Shown one piece after another: positions 23,390 through 35,304 of a DNA stretch of 64,000 nt (the first letter of the stretch is position 1; each line of letters starts with the position of its first letter). The DNA is from Entomortierella parvispora E1425 (lineage: Eukaryota; Fungi; Mortierellomycota). A model generated the notes under the pieces. The model was given only the letters and a program-made list of their open reading frames with translations, was not told where the DNA came from and made no database searches. A program made the position numbers and the translations under genes. Location of the stretch: the NCBI GenBank assembly GCA_020891255.1, contig BQFW01000007.1, positions 310,001 through 374,000 of the forward strand. Direction: 5' to 3'.

Positions 23390-25440
23390 ATTTGGTGGCG
23401 TCTCAACCAACCAGCGACAAGCATCTCTCCCAGGACTACTTCACCGGCTGGAAGTTATCTTTTGTTAACTGTGGTGGCTCTGTGTGCTTTAGAAAACTAC
23501 ACTAATAATAAAAACGCGTCCACCGACACCCCACTTTCATAGTACGCTACCTTCAAGTCGCCTTGTTCACGAGCGTAAATAAGAGAGAATGTCTTTGTAA
23601 GAACCCTTTCTATCGGACTGTACCAGATACATATTCTAAGGATGTTACCTCTCAAAGCCTGCTTACCGGACCATCCATCCCAAACAGAATAACAGTAGGT
23701 GGCATTGTCCTTCGATTGAACATGTCAACTAGACGACGATTTAGGTCAAAAGCTATTTGCCAAGTTGTTCCTCAAAGTCAGGGGCACGTTTTGTACGTGG
23801 GTACGTTTTCCCAATTGGGCCCAATTGCGCTGGGATCAAATTCTTCAAAAGGGATTTCGTGCCCACCTTGATTTGGAAAACGGAGCCTTCCTCCTTCCTT
23901 TACTGGCGAAACGAACCGTTCCACATAAACATGAAAACGTTCCAGCAAAAAAAACTTAGAAGACTCGCAGCTTCGCGAGCACGCATCAGAGAGGGGCAGG
24001 AGTCGTAACGCTGGATTGGGCTTGGCCAGGGCTTCCCCCACGAAGTGTTTTTTTTTTGTCTTTGATTGAAAGTTAGCAACTGGCAGTGAAAGTACGAACG
24101 AGAAATTCTTTTATCTGCCATCCATGCGCACAAAGCCCAGCCATCCATGCACTACAAAATAAGATCTATCCGTACAGAAATGTTGTTGGAATTCAGCGTC
24201 CGTGTAAGAATAGAACTTGGTGGTGAAAAGGTAGTTGTCGGCTTGTCAGTGTGTTGTGGGTCTATCAAAATACCGAGATTCTGTAATAGAAACATGGCTA
24301 ATGTAGATATGCCTCACAAGCTGCCATTCGCGATCGGAGTCTCTCTCAGAATCGCTGGTGATGGTTCCATCCGAATCGCTACTTGAGCCTCTGTCCTCGT
24401 CGGTTTCTGAGTCGTTTTCTGATATGCTTTCTGAGTTGTGGCTCGAGTTGGTATTTATTTCAGCTTCAAGGACTGCAAGCAAAACGCTTGTTCCAGATCT
24501 CGCAAAGCTATCTGACGATCGGAAATTGGCATGTGGGCTACTGTTCCCGGGGGATGAAGGCGAGTTGGGAGGTGAGGATGGAGCGAGGTCGGGGACGAGA
24601 ATGAAAACGAGACTGGGGACCCGGGACGAGGCGAAAGTTGAGAGGCAGTACATTAATTTTTCACACTGCGCGCTCTTCGCCGAGCGGTGTCGCACCATCC
24701 TTTGCAGTGCATGGATGGCTGGGCTTTGTGCGCATGGATGGCAGATAAAAGAATTTCTCGTTCGTACTTTCACTGCCAGTTGCTAACTTTCAATCAAAGA
24801 CAAAAAAAAAACACTTCGTGGGGGAAGCCCTGGCCAAGCCCAATCCAGCGCTACGACTCCTGCCCCTCTCTGATGCGTGCTCGCGAAGCTGCGAGTCTTC
24901 TAAGTTTTTTTTTGCTGGATCGTTTTCATGTTTATGTGGAACGGTTCGTTTCGCCAGTTAAGGAAGGAGGAAGGCTCCGTTTTCCAAATCAAGGTGGGCA
25001 CGAAATCCCTTTTGAAGAATTTGATCCCAGCGCAATTGGGCCCAATTGGGAAAACATACCCCCCCCATAGAATTCTTTGGCCTCGATGCTGGACTGAAGG
25101 GTGATGCTGACCTTCCCTAACTGCTTATCGAATGTTCCACCTGATAGATGTACAACATCACACAGCTTCTGGATGTCCACTTCGTCATAGACGGCTCGAT
25201 AATGATCGGGGCAAATCCATTTGACGTGATCCTCCAAGTTTGTCATCCGGTTAAGATTTCCAAACGGAATGTCATCATTCGATGTCTTCAAAATGAACTC
25301 AACTCCAGTAGCTCCACTCCTCGGGGACCTTGGACTGTGCCCAGGTAGTTAGAGTAGTGAGGTCCGCGTCGTCTACATCGTTTATTGAGAATGTCTGCAG
25401 GTTGCTCATCCTGCCCTGTAGATTGTTCATCCTGCCGATA
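23390..25440 (-). pseudogene. Relic of a lineage-expanded (probably LRR/RNI-like) gene, split by the inverted-repeat element
   Basis: 25062-25330 translates as ELSSF/KTSNDDIPFGNLNRMTNLEDHVKWICPDHYRAVY...GGTFDKQLGKVSITLQSSIEAKEFY, resembling a common Mortierellaceae family. Stop-riddled continuation on the other side of the element (KGFLQR, EVVLERCLSLV). Confidence 0.5.
23799..25061. mobile_element. Non-autonomous DNA element with ~360-bp inverted repeats enclosing a PIF/Harbinger-like transposase 5' fragment
   Basis: 23799-24158 is the near-perfect reverse complement of 24701-25061 (a handful of mismatches); termini GGGTAYGTTTT. Internal minus-strand frame ...ITESRYFDRPTTH*QADNYLF...YTDAEFQQHFCTDRSYF resembles the F..HFRM.R..F motif of Harbinger nucleases. 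No TWA target duplication visible. Confidence 0.75.
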
Positions 25441-25538
25441 CATTCCAATGAAAAATCAATTTTGACGCGCTCCATATCGCCTTATCAACATTCCCATAGA
25501 CCATGCATCTTTTTTTTTAATTGTTGTAAGTGGAGCTC

Positions 25539-28500
25539 CTAAGTACTCGCTTTTTTGAGGGCCGCAATGGCCTGTTTTACGGACCCGCTTGCGGGCATGA
25601 TATCTTCTGCCTCCTCTTCCTGCTCTTTTTGCTTCTTAGTCACTGTCGTACTTGGGGTCTCTCCATCAGTCTTCAATGCCTTCGCTGCTTGGACAGTACC
25701 CAGTCCAGGCAAGCTGACTTTTGCCGCCTCTGTCGAGCCCCCTGCTCCTGCTCCTGCTCCTGTCTTTGCTCCTGCTCCTGTCTTTGCTCCTGCTCCTACT
25801 CTTCGCGTGGAAGAGGCCGCGGATAGGCCAGTGGAGAACGACAGGGGCTTCGTCACCGGAATCACTGGCGTGACAGAGTTTGCCTTGATAAAGGAGGTAT
25901 CAATGTCCTTGGATGCAAGTCCAGGACGAGAAGTGGTCGTGGTCGTGACACTGGCGCTGCCGGCCTCCAACTTATTCTTGACGCTCGCCACGCCTCCGCC
26001 AGGCTTGGATCCGCCACCGTTCACGACGCCATAGCTCTTTTTCAGATCCAGGAGTGCCCGTGCCTTGATCGCTGCGTCGTCGTCGTTATCACCGTTCTTC
26101 TCTTCCTTCGATTTGGAAGTGCTGTCGCCTGCGACTCGGTCGCTAAGCGCCTTCATACGTTCGCTGACACTCAAGCCGCCACCCAGCGAGTCATTGTTGC
26201 TGTCCTCCTGGTCCTCAACGCTCTTGGATAACACGACCTTTTCGGCTGGCTTTGAGGGACTGGCACTCTGTGGATTCAATCCTGGCAACGCCACCTTGGC
26301 TCCTCCATACGCCTTTTGGGCTGGGGCCGAGGATGCAGACGTTGAGGGCTGCAGTCGAGGTCGAATAATTTCCTGCTCATCTTTCGTAAATGAACGGACC
26401 TTGGAGTTTACACTGCTCTCAGCGGCGCCGGAAGGCTGGGTCGAAGAAAGTGAAGTTGGCGTTACTGCGAGGGGCTGCTGCTGCTGTTTCCGGAGTTCCG
26501 ATGGCTTCAAAAGCTTTTCAGTCTCTTCTTCCGACTGTTTTGACTCCTTGGTCGTCATCTTCAGCGGTGCAGGACCGAGAGTCGATTGGGATGATGGAAG
26601 CGTGGTCGACTTTTTATCCTCGACAATCTTGCTGTTGCTGATGCTTCCTGAACCTTGGACGCGACTGTTCCAGTCTCTGACCACTTTTGCGTTTTTCTCG
26701 TGCTGGCTCTGGTTGTCACTGCTGCCTTTGTTGTTATCGTCGTCGTCGCCGTTGTCGTCGTCGTCATCATCGTCATCATCGTCTTCGCTATCGTCTTTGT
26801 TGGCACCATCCCTCTTGGGAGGAGGCGGAGGGGCAGCTCTCCTGACTCCAGTAGTCTGTCCATCCTGATGAATCGTTGATGACGCCGGAAGTGCCGTTAC
26901 TGTGCGGCGACTCGCGGGAGGTGGAGGAGGTATGCTCTTGGCGCCTTTCACTCCGCCACCCCCAAGAATAGGAACTGGGAGCAATGTCTTGGCCGTCTCA
27001 TTGTCAAGATCTAGAGAAATGGCGCATCAATGGGGGGTTTTTTTTGTAAGAACAAGCGTGATCGATAAACAATCGAAGCAAACTCATAATTATGAACGCA
27101 ACTGTACCTCCAAGAAGATCAACAACTTGTCGCTTGACCTGAGGAGCAGGCGCTGCTGCAGCTACTGGGGGTGCTGGCGCCGGTCTAGCGGCATTAACTC
27201 CGACTGCCGTCGCTGCTGCTGCACTTTGGGCTGTTGGATAAATCGTCCGGTCACCTAAAAATGGGTTCTTATTGTTGGAAGGCATGCGTCGAACGCCCTC
27301 CGGCAATGGATCATTCCACCATTGATGGGTATCTGAGCTCGGCCTTGGGGCTAAATTTCACCATAATACATAAAAGATAAATATCCTTGCTAAAAAAAAG
27401 TACAATTCTATAAGCAGGATGACCACGCTTTAGACAATTTGCTTTACCTCCTCCTGGTGGCTCGGGGCTCACACTTAATCTCGAGTTCTGAGCCGCCATC
27501 ATACCAGGCAGACCAAGTTGAGCAGTTGGGCTGTTGGAGCTTCGGGAGCTACCATTCTTAATCAAGGGTTTACTAGAGCTTTTACGGTACAAGGACTCTT
27601 CCATCTTCACCCTCGCCTCCGCATCCAATCGAGTCAACTCCAAGACAAACATCGACATGACTAGGCAATACAAGACATTGGCGGTTGTGTTTGTTAGATA
27701 CCGTTTCCAGAATGTTAGAAGAGCAAATCATATGACAGGAAAATCTTTGTACCTGGTCGATGATCCGATGTCCTAAACTCGGCACGTTCGTAACTTGTTT
27801 GGTATATACCCTTGCCTCTGTAAAGGATACGATCTGTCCACGCTGGCGCTCGGTACTTTTCACTGGTATCATAGTTGTCTGTGCCAATATCATAGCGATA
27901 TGTGGGGGCAAAGGCGATGATTCCCTCTTTGTAGCCATAAAATGCCTCTCCATAGTCGATCGAACGCTTCAATTGATCACATCGGAAGATCTCAAAATAG
28001 TTGCCTTGGCTGACAAGTGCACGGATCTGGTCGTTTTCCATATCGACTCGATAATTGAAGTCACCGCACCAGAGAATAATGCTATTTTTGCGAATGAAGA
28101 AGAGAGGGTTGTTAGGTTCAAGAACCTCAGCATTTCTGTCGCGGTCGAAGGTCTGGTCGATATAGAGATAATGAGGCATGTATCCCGTCTTACTCGTGGC
28201 TGGAAATGGTACGTCCACGGGCAAAAGCGATTCCGTCGTTAATTGTGTGGAAATCATTGTTTCGCTCCTGCAAGTTCTCTTGACCAGAAGCCAAATGAGA
28301 GGTGACCAAACAGAGCGTAGTATCATGATAGTCCATGCGGATAGCCACTGCTCCTTTGTTTCCAGCCATGCCTCCCATACCAGTCTGAGATCAGCGGAGG
28401 TCAAGTATGGTTAGTTTGTCACCCTCTGACACATTTGATCCACATACACGAGACACAGGACCACAAATACCTTCTTGATAGAGCATTCTACATTTCGGAT

Positions 28501-31470
28501 GTAAGGCGCGCTCTGCTCCTTGGCATATACCATCAGAGCTGCGCCAACCAACTGACCTGACCTCAGTTGAATATATTTTGATCGACCTCGGCGATTGATT
28601 GTCCTCTCCACTTCATGCTCCCATACTAGTCGCTTGTTCTCGTCCGTCGCCATGATCTGCTTTGGCGTAAGTTTGACAATCTCCTGGAATCCGATCACGT
28701 AAAGATCTGGCTCAGGAACATCTATTTGATTGTTAAAATGAACAAAGACGACGGTCGAAATAATGGGTTAGCAACACCGCGGAGATTGAGAATAAAGGCC
28801 CGAAAGTATCCATCCACCCCTGACTTTTCCACTCCTTTCCAAATCCGTACCTTTATCAAAGCAAAGCCAAGACTCTAGACATTCTCCTCCTGTGGGTGCC
28901 TTTCCGTTTAAATTATAAGTGCCAACAAAGACATCAATCTGTACACTCTGAGAGTATTCTCCTATCCGCGCATTCATCTCAGACGCAATCGACTCGTGAA
29001 CGGGATCGTGGATGGTTACAGCTGTCTGAGACGCCATTTTCCCCTGTTGATATCAAATAACGTCTACAGTTAACTCTCGTATCCTTGAATAGGACAAAAA
29101 GCCGTGACCCAGAGAATATCTTACGAGTAAAACGTCAATGACCTCCTGTCTGTCCTTGTCCTGAAAGTTGTTGATATAAAACCGGTTGATGGACTTTGTG
29201 GCATCTCCTAACATGCTGGCAAAGGACATCTTTCCAGATCGTGTCACCTCAGACTTCAGTGCTCCAGTTCCTGTATAAATTTTGGACAGTAAATCACCGT
29301 TGTCGGCCCAGAGTTCAGAGTGCTGCACCATGAGATTGGCAAATCGGCCATCATTTGTGAGAATATTGTGCAAAAATGTCTCTGTAGCCTCTTTTGAGAG
29401 GTTGCTCTGGATCACGTTCGTCCTAAGAGAAAGCACGAGGTAGCAAATCCAATAAGTTAAACTGTCAAGTCCTGCCCGACAAATTCCAATAGAGACCTAC
29501 CTGTCTAGGCAATCCAAGCAGTTTGTTCGGAAAACACCCGTCTGCGTCTGTACGATGGTGTTGGCGACCAGGTCATGGAAGAAGTATCCATATTTGTCAG
29601 AGTCGTTCCGGATGTGCTGCAACAATGACTGGACCTGGTCATAGTTCCCGCCTTTGACCTGCGAATGGTAGTCGAATCGGGTCATGTGCAGACGTTTCAA
29701 AATTGGGCTTAACCCCTCCACCTGCGTCCGATACTCCTGAGAAAGTGTAATCTCTCCCGGGTCTTTGGTTCCCAAGAGATCTAAAATATGCACCTCGTTG
29801 TACTTTTGAATCAAGTCCTCAAAGTGTCGGCGAACTGCTGGTTTTGTTGCATCGGAGCCGCGCGACAGTTGAATCTTGTGACTAGCCAACTGCAGTCCTT
29901 GCTGCTCCCAGAACACTAAATTGCACGCAAAAATTAGGTGTCAAATAATGTGGCTTTCAAGATTTTTTGAAGTAACAGTAGAGCCCCCATACAACATACC
30001 TGGCACACTTCCTCTGACTTGAGTGTAAGCGAAACACCATTCGGGGTTGGACAAGATCGTCTCTGTCTGTAGGCACAAAACAAGAATCAGCATACAGAGT
30101 ATAAGAAAAGGGGACAGCCGTCTTTGCAGGCGGCCATAGGTCGTACCTCTACAAAATTGGCCACATTTCCAGAGTCATCTAGTCCTCGTGTATTATAACG
30201 TGTTCCTAAGAATTCGTTGAAGGAAATGCATTAGCAGAAGTCATCGAGATGAAAAAAGAAAAATTCGAACTGCTCAGATACAAGCCGCTGATCATCCTGG
30301 TAACTACCTGCACGTCTAGAACTCAGTCTTGAGATCACTGTAAGCTGTCCTTGGGATGTCGCTGTTCTGAAGCTTTGACAGCCAACATATCCTTGAATGG
30401 CATGAACCTAGGAACATACAAAATGACGTCAATGACTTGCGTTGCGCTTTCTCCTGCAATGTGTCGCTAAGGGAAGATTATGCCACTATACCAAAAGACC
30501 GCCACAGTCGAGCTCCTCGCGCTCCTGTTCATCAAGATGAGATCGGAAGGTCAAGAGCTCCTTGAGCATGAACATATTCCAGAGAAAGCTTTCATCATAG
30601 TCTAAGTTGGAGTCCGAGGTGTGTTCCTCCTGAAGCTTGAGACTTCTAAGCGGACAACAGAAGAACGTCATAAAACGTTGTTAAAAAACAAGAGTCGATA
30701 TGTCGCAACTGAACATTGAACAGACTGATCTATCATAGAAAAAAAAAAGTAATCCCCTTGCTATACCTGGTTTGAATCGACCGGGTCAGATCCATTTGGG
30801 GCGAGAAGAAAAAGGCGCCGTTGCAGAGAACCTTTTCCAGCTCACGACACGGGTGAGGCATCATTGGAGGTCCCTTTTCGTACTCGCCCACGGTTTCCGG
30901 ATCAAAGGGAGCGGGAATCATGTCCTCGTCCGGGGTATTTCCAGAGAGGGAGAAGAACCGGACAGCAATGATCTTGTATACTGATTCACCCCGTCGAATG
31001 TCGCCCACCTTGGCACAGCCCGTGATGAGGGCAAGGAATGTGTCTAGAATCCGTTTCCATGGGAGGACAAGGGGACAAGAGTGAGAACATGCATGCATGA
31101 TATAATAAGCAGTAACAGAATGAAGACCCAGTTCAGCATGGCGCGAACAACCGTTACCGTTGGCATGGTGCATGAGACCAAGGCAGCCGTAGACGGGTCT
31201 GCTCTGCAGTTTGCGGAAGTAGCCTGCATGGAACTCAGCGGCGGGTGCAAGACGGACAGAGACTGAGGGCGGCTTGGGAGGTCCAGCAAAGAGGGATGGG
31301 GTCGAGGAAGAGGGGGAGGCCGAGGTGGATGAACCATGCAGCGCAAAGTAGATGACCTGGCCTTGGCTCATGGTCTGGTCCAGGCGGTTCGGGACGCATG
31401 GACGCAGAGCAAGGGTGCGCGGAGACGTCCCGTCGGACGAGGCCGCGGAGAGGTAGAGCTCGGACTGCAT
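25539..31470 (-). CDS. Synaptojanin-like phosphoinositide phosphatase (Sac1 domain + inositol 5-phosphatase + Pro-rich tail), multi-exon; Inp52/Inp53 family
   Basis: Sac1 catalytic VFRTNCLDCLDRTN (~29500); 5-phosphatase WCGDFNYR and YRAPAWTDRILY; IGFQEIVKLT; low-complexity C-terminal exon ending 25539. Start at MQSELYL (31470) is inferred. Confidence 0.9.
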
Positions 31471-32065
31471 GTCCAAGCCGTTCGTCTTCCTGAAAGTAGT
31501 GTCTGTCGCGGCTGGTCTTGGCTGTCCCAAGTCGAAGGTGCGCGAGGTGGTGAGGAAGGTGTCGGGATGCAAAAGAAGAGCTCTTCAAGGTTGCATGCAT
31601 GTCGAAAGACGGCATCACTGATCACGTGTGCTTCTTTTTGGTGGCAAACGGTCGACCGTTGGTGACGATCTGTCGGGTCGCAAGATTGCACTTCACTTGC
31701 AGTGGGTCGATATGATTCCCTCTCTCTTCTGATAGTTAATAAGAGCGTTGGCAAGTCGCGCGAATGATGCGATCGATACCGGACTGTGAGGTGCTTTCAT
31801 CCTGTTTTGCTCTGTGGGAACAAAATGAATCGCGCTGCCTATGAGAAATAGCGATCGACTCCTTTTCTCTCTTCTTTTGCGCATTGGCGGCAAGAAAATA
31901 AAATGCCAAAAGGCGGGATCTCCAGATTCCAAGCGATGGTGACAACCTGTCAAGTCAGCACTCATGCAAGCAGACAGCATACAGCAAAAAAAAGAGGGTC
32001 CAACCGCGGTGAAGGCGAATCCTTGACCTCAAATCACGCAATGTTTCATCCACCCTCCTACTTTG

Positions 32066-32072
32066 TATAAAA
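32066..32072 (+). promoter_or_regulatory. TATA box of the carbonic anhydrase gene
   Basis: TATAAAA about 75 nt upstream of ATG 32146. Confidence 0.55.
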
Positions 32073-32145
32073 GCAGGCAAGCATGCAGCACGTCGACTTT
32101 TCTATTACTTTCTAGTTCAAAAACATCAACCCCCACATCGCCATC

Positions 32146-32734
32146 ATGACTATCGTCCAAGAGATCCAAGCCGCGAATGAAGCCTACGCCCACAGCTGGA
32201 CACAAGGTCAATTGCCCCTGCCACCTGCTCGCAAGGTGGCCATTGTCACTGTGAGTCTTTCTTGTGTGGTTTTCTCCTGGTACCAATCCGCTCTGCGTGC
32301 CACAAAATCTTGACAGTCTTTTCAATCCGCTATCACAGTGCATGGATGCACGCATCATCCCCGCCCATACGTTCGGCCTCAAAGAAGGCGATGCCCACGT
32401 CATCCGCAATGCTGGCGGTCGCACACCCGAGGCCCTTCGATCCTTGGTGATTTCAGAACAACTCCTGGGAACAGACACCATCATTGTCGCTCAACACACT
32501 GACTGCGGCATGCTCACCTTTGAGAACAAAGACATCCATGCCATTATCCACAAGAATCTCGCAGGGGCCGATGCCACCCACATTGACTTCTTGCCTTTCA
32601 AGAACTTGGAACAGAACGTGAGAGATGATGTCCGGTTCTTGAGAGAAAGCCCGCTCATCCCCAAGCACATCCCCATCCATGGCTATGTGATTGACGTCTC
32701 GTCTGGCAAACTGATTGCCGTCGACTCGGAGTAA
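32146..32734 (+). CDS. Beta-carbonic anhydrase, small clade-D type (2 exons: 32146-32250, 32339-32734)
   Basis: Zn ligands CMDAR and HTDCGM, plus AHVIRNAGG; GTGAGT/CAG intron splices in frame; ~166 aa. Confidence 0.93.
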
Positions 32735-33052
32735 AGAATGAAAACGGCGATTGGAATTAGTTTTCCATAGCAGCGCTCCCCAAGCTATTGAATAAAAAAT
32801 TGTATAAAGCTCTACATAGCAGTGGACCAGCCACCACATTCACGCTCAAACTCTTTATTTCTTGCACGTAACGAGATGAATGGATTCATTCTTGGTCTGC
32901 GTTTATAGCCATTGCATTTAGCCTTGTCAAGCGTTGGCATTGACTCCGTTCTCAAAGAGAAGGTAATCCGACAATGGATCATACTATGACGTTGAAAGAG
33001 CAATCGAGTCAAATGTTGCACGGGAACATAATTTTCTAGGGTCGTTCTTTGT

Positions 33053-34534
33053 TCATACCTCATCAGAAGCTGCGCTGGTGACCTGGCCAGTGTGTTGTTG
33101 TTGTTGTTGGCTGCCGCTATTCGAATCCTCCGCATCGCTGTTGTCTTCCGACTCATCTTCCAGATACTCAATGTACTCTATGATGTGTGTGCGCGCTCCA
33201 TAAACCCACAGCCTCTGTCGTCTCAGTTCTGCCTCTTCCAGCAACTGCCGTTCCTGACGATCGACAAGCAGAGAACGGACATGTTGCTCCTTTTGCTTCT
33301 GAGACTCTAGAACGTGATCAATAGAAGGCAACAGTGGCCTCGTGGGTGCAAGAGACCTTGGGGCAAACGACTGATGCACGACACGCGTGTGTTGTCTCGG
33401 ACTGGTCGCACCAAGATCCGGTCCGATGTCGTCTTCAGGATCGAGATCTACTCTGGCGGGCGACTCTTCTTCAAAGCGACTTTCATCCCACGGATAATGA
33501 GCATCATCACTCCCATCGTCGCTTTCATAGTCGAGTTCAACAGCGCGGCCCTTTCCCTTGTCTTGAGGTACCTTTGCTGACTGTTTGGCCATGAGAAAAC
33601 GGAAACGTCCAAACTTTCCTGTACTCTTTGGATCCTCGATCTTCGATTGACTATTTCCTTCTTCGGAGCCTTCAAAAAAGTTTTCATCTAGATTAGTCCC
33701 CATGTCACTGCCATCCTGGTTGCTCGAGTAGCGACCATGCTGGTACTGGATATCGCTGTCGTTAAGGTCTGAGATCTCTGTGGTCAATTGATCTGACTGG
33801 TGCTGCTTCTCTTTGCCCTTGTCTCTCTTCAGGCTGCGGAGCCAACTCTTATATCCCGCCCGCTTCTTGGGTTGAGGGTGGCAGAGAGGAGGCAGATCAG
33901 AACTTGAAAGGTTAGGGCGCACTGTGTCAGAGGTCCAGACTGAGCTAAAGGAAGGGGATGGCAAGCCCAAGACTGTCGAGCCAGAAGCAGCGGTGGAGGG
34001 CTTGCGCCTGAAAGTCGTTTTGATAAACTGCCGCCATGTGTCTGAGGAATGGGTGCTTCCACTCTGGTCCTGTTCCACAGAATCGAGTCCTTGGTTCGAG
34101 GTTCCTGCGCCATCTTTAGAATTCGTGTGATTGTCAAAATTAAAAGAGTCATCTCGCCCCGGAGGTGAAAGATGTTCTGGTGGTATGGAAGTTCGCTCAC
34201 TAAGGTAGTTTTCTCGTAGCTTGTCGCTTCTCGCCTGTCGTTTCTCGGCCAATTTGAGTTCTCTTTTTCGCCTAGCCATTCTCAAAGCATGACCGTGGCA
34301 TCGTTCTTCGCTTGCGTAAAGCGGGTACCCTTGGTCTGGGGTCATGTAAGGAACTAAATGTGGGAAATGGGTACATAGAAAACATTTCTGACGCCGCGCG
34401 TTCCGACGCTGGAGTCGTTCCTGAACCCAACGTTGTCGACGGAGGGGTTGCGGCAATTGGATTCGCAGCGGTGGCACCTGTGCTCGTGCTGCGAGATAGA
34501 CGCGTCGACAAAGGCCCGTAAAGGCGTTTGTCAT
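33053..34534 (-). CDS. Hypothetical protein, 493 aa, largely disordered/acidic with a basic N-terminus
   Basis: Uninterrupted 1.48-kb ATG-initiated ORF with protein-like composition; no motif recognised. Confidence 0.65.
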   Translation of the reverse strand: MTNAFTGLCRRVYLAARAQVPPLRIQLPQPLRRQRWVQERLQRRNARRQKCFLCTHFPHLVPYMTPDQGYPLYASEERCHGHALRMARRKRELKLAEKRQARSDKLRENYLSERTSIPPEHLSPPGRDDSFNFDNHTNSKDGAGTSNQGLDSVEQDQSGSTHSSDTWRQFIKTTFRRKPSTAASGSTVLGLPSPSFSSVWTSDTVRPNLSSSDLPPLCHPQPKKRAGYKSWLRSLKRDKGKEKQHQSDQLTTEISDLNDSDIQYQHGRYSSNQDGSDMGTNLDENFFEGSEEGNSQSKIEDPKSTGKFGRFRFLMAKQSAKVPQDKGKGRAVELDYESDDGSDDAHYPWDESRFEEESPARVDLDPEDDIGPDLGATSPRQHTRVVHQSFAPRSLAPTRPLLPSIDHVLESQKQKEQHVRSLLVDRQERQLLEEAELRRQRLWVYGARTHIIEYIEYLEDESEDNSDAEDSNSGSQQQQQHTGQVTSAASDEV

Positions 34535-35022
34535 TTTTTGGATAGGGGTGTGGGATGAAGACTACGATCTCCGCTTTCTGTTAGTAGAATGGTGAAAAAA
34601 AAAGGTGAATTCCCGAGGTATTAGAGAAAGAGGTATTCCTTTCTCTTAAATATGAAAGATTGATACCGCGTGGCACGAGTGAGATATCAAGCCCATAGTT
34701 GCTTCATGAAGGCAACAATGTCGATTCAAGGTGTCCTCCGCTCCTTTGTGGTATAAGGCATCAAGAGTTTTTGCAATGACTTCTATTCAAGATTTTGTTG
34801 TTCATTGATGTGGTGGCGGCGTCTTTGAAAGCCCTTTCATAAATTGATTGTTCTCGCAAAGAACTAGTTGCTAACGGCTCATATTTGAGGATGAACAAAG
34901 CAGAAACCACAACCGTCTGGGCGTGTGTACATCGTCTGCAACTGGATCAAATGAGGTCTTTGACTGCAATGTGTCATATGAGAGGAGACTCTTTTATTAC
35001 AATAGCGCACAGTTTTAGATCT

Positions 35023-35304
35023 CTACATGGGGCACTCATAACCGCGCTTGATATGGATGGGTCCACCCTGGCAATGACTGGTGGGATTAGGTGCTGCTGG
35101 AGCTTGAGCCACAACTTCATCCATAGGGCACTCGTAACCACGCTTGTCATGGACAGGTCCACCCTTGCAGTGGCTGGTGGGGGTGGGTGCAGGAGGGGCC
35201 TGGGCTTCAACCTCAAAAGCGGCCAGTGGGGCACATTCGGTGACGGTCGTGAGGGTGCAGATCATAGCCAAAGCAATGATTGTGGATGTGGCAGAAAACT
35301 TCAT
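35023..35304 (-). CDS. Small secreted precursor with two 32-aa repeats, each containing a KR (Kex2-type) site flanked by two Cys
   Basis: MKFSATSTIIALAMICTLTTVTECAP signal peptide; repeats (EVEAQAPPAPTPTSHCKGGPVHDKRGYECPM / DEVVAQAPAAPNPTSHCQGGPIHIKRGYECPM); TATAAAA on the minus strand at 35387-35381. Confidence 0.8.
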   Translation of the reverse strand: MKFSATSTIIALAMICTLTTVTECAPLAAFEVEAQAPPAPTPTSHCKGGPVHDKRGYECPMDEVVAQAPAAPNPTSHCQGGPIHIKRGYECPM

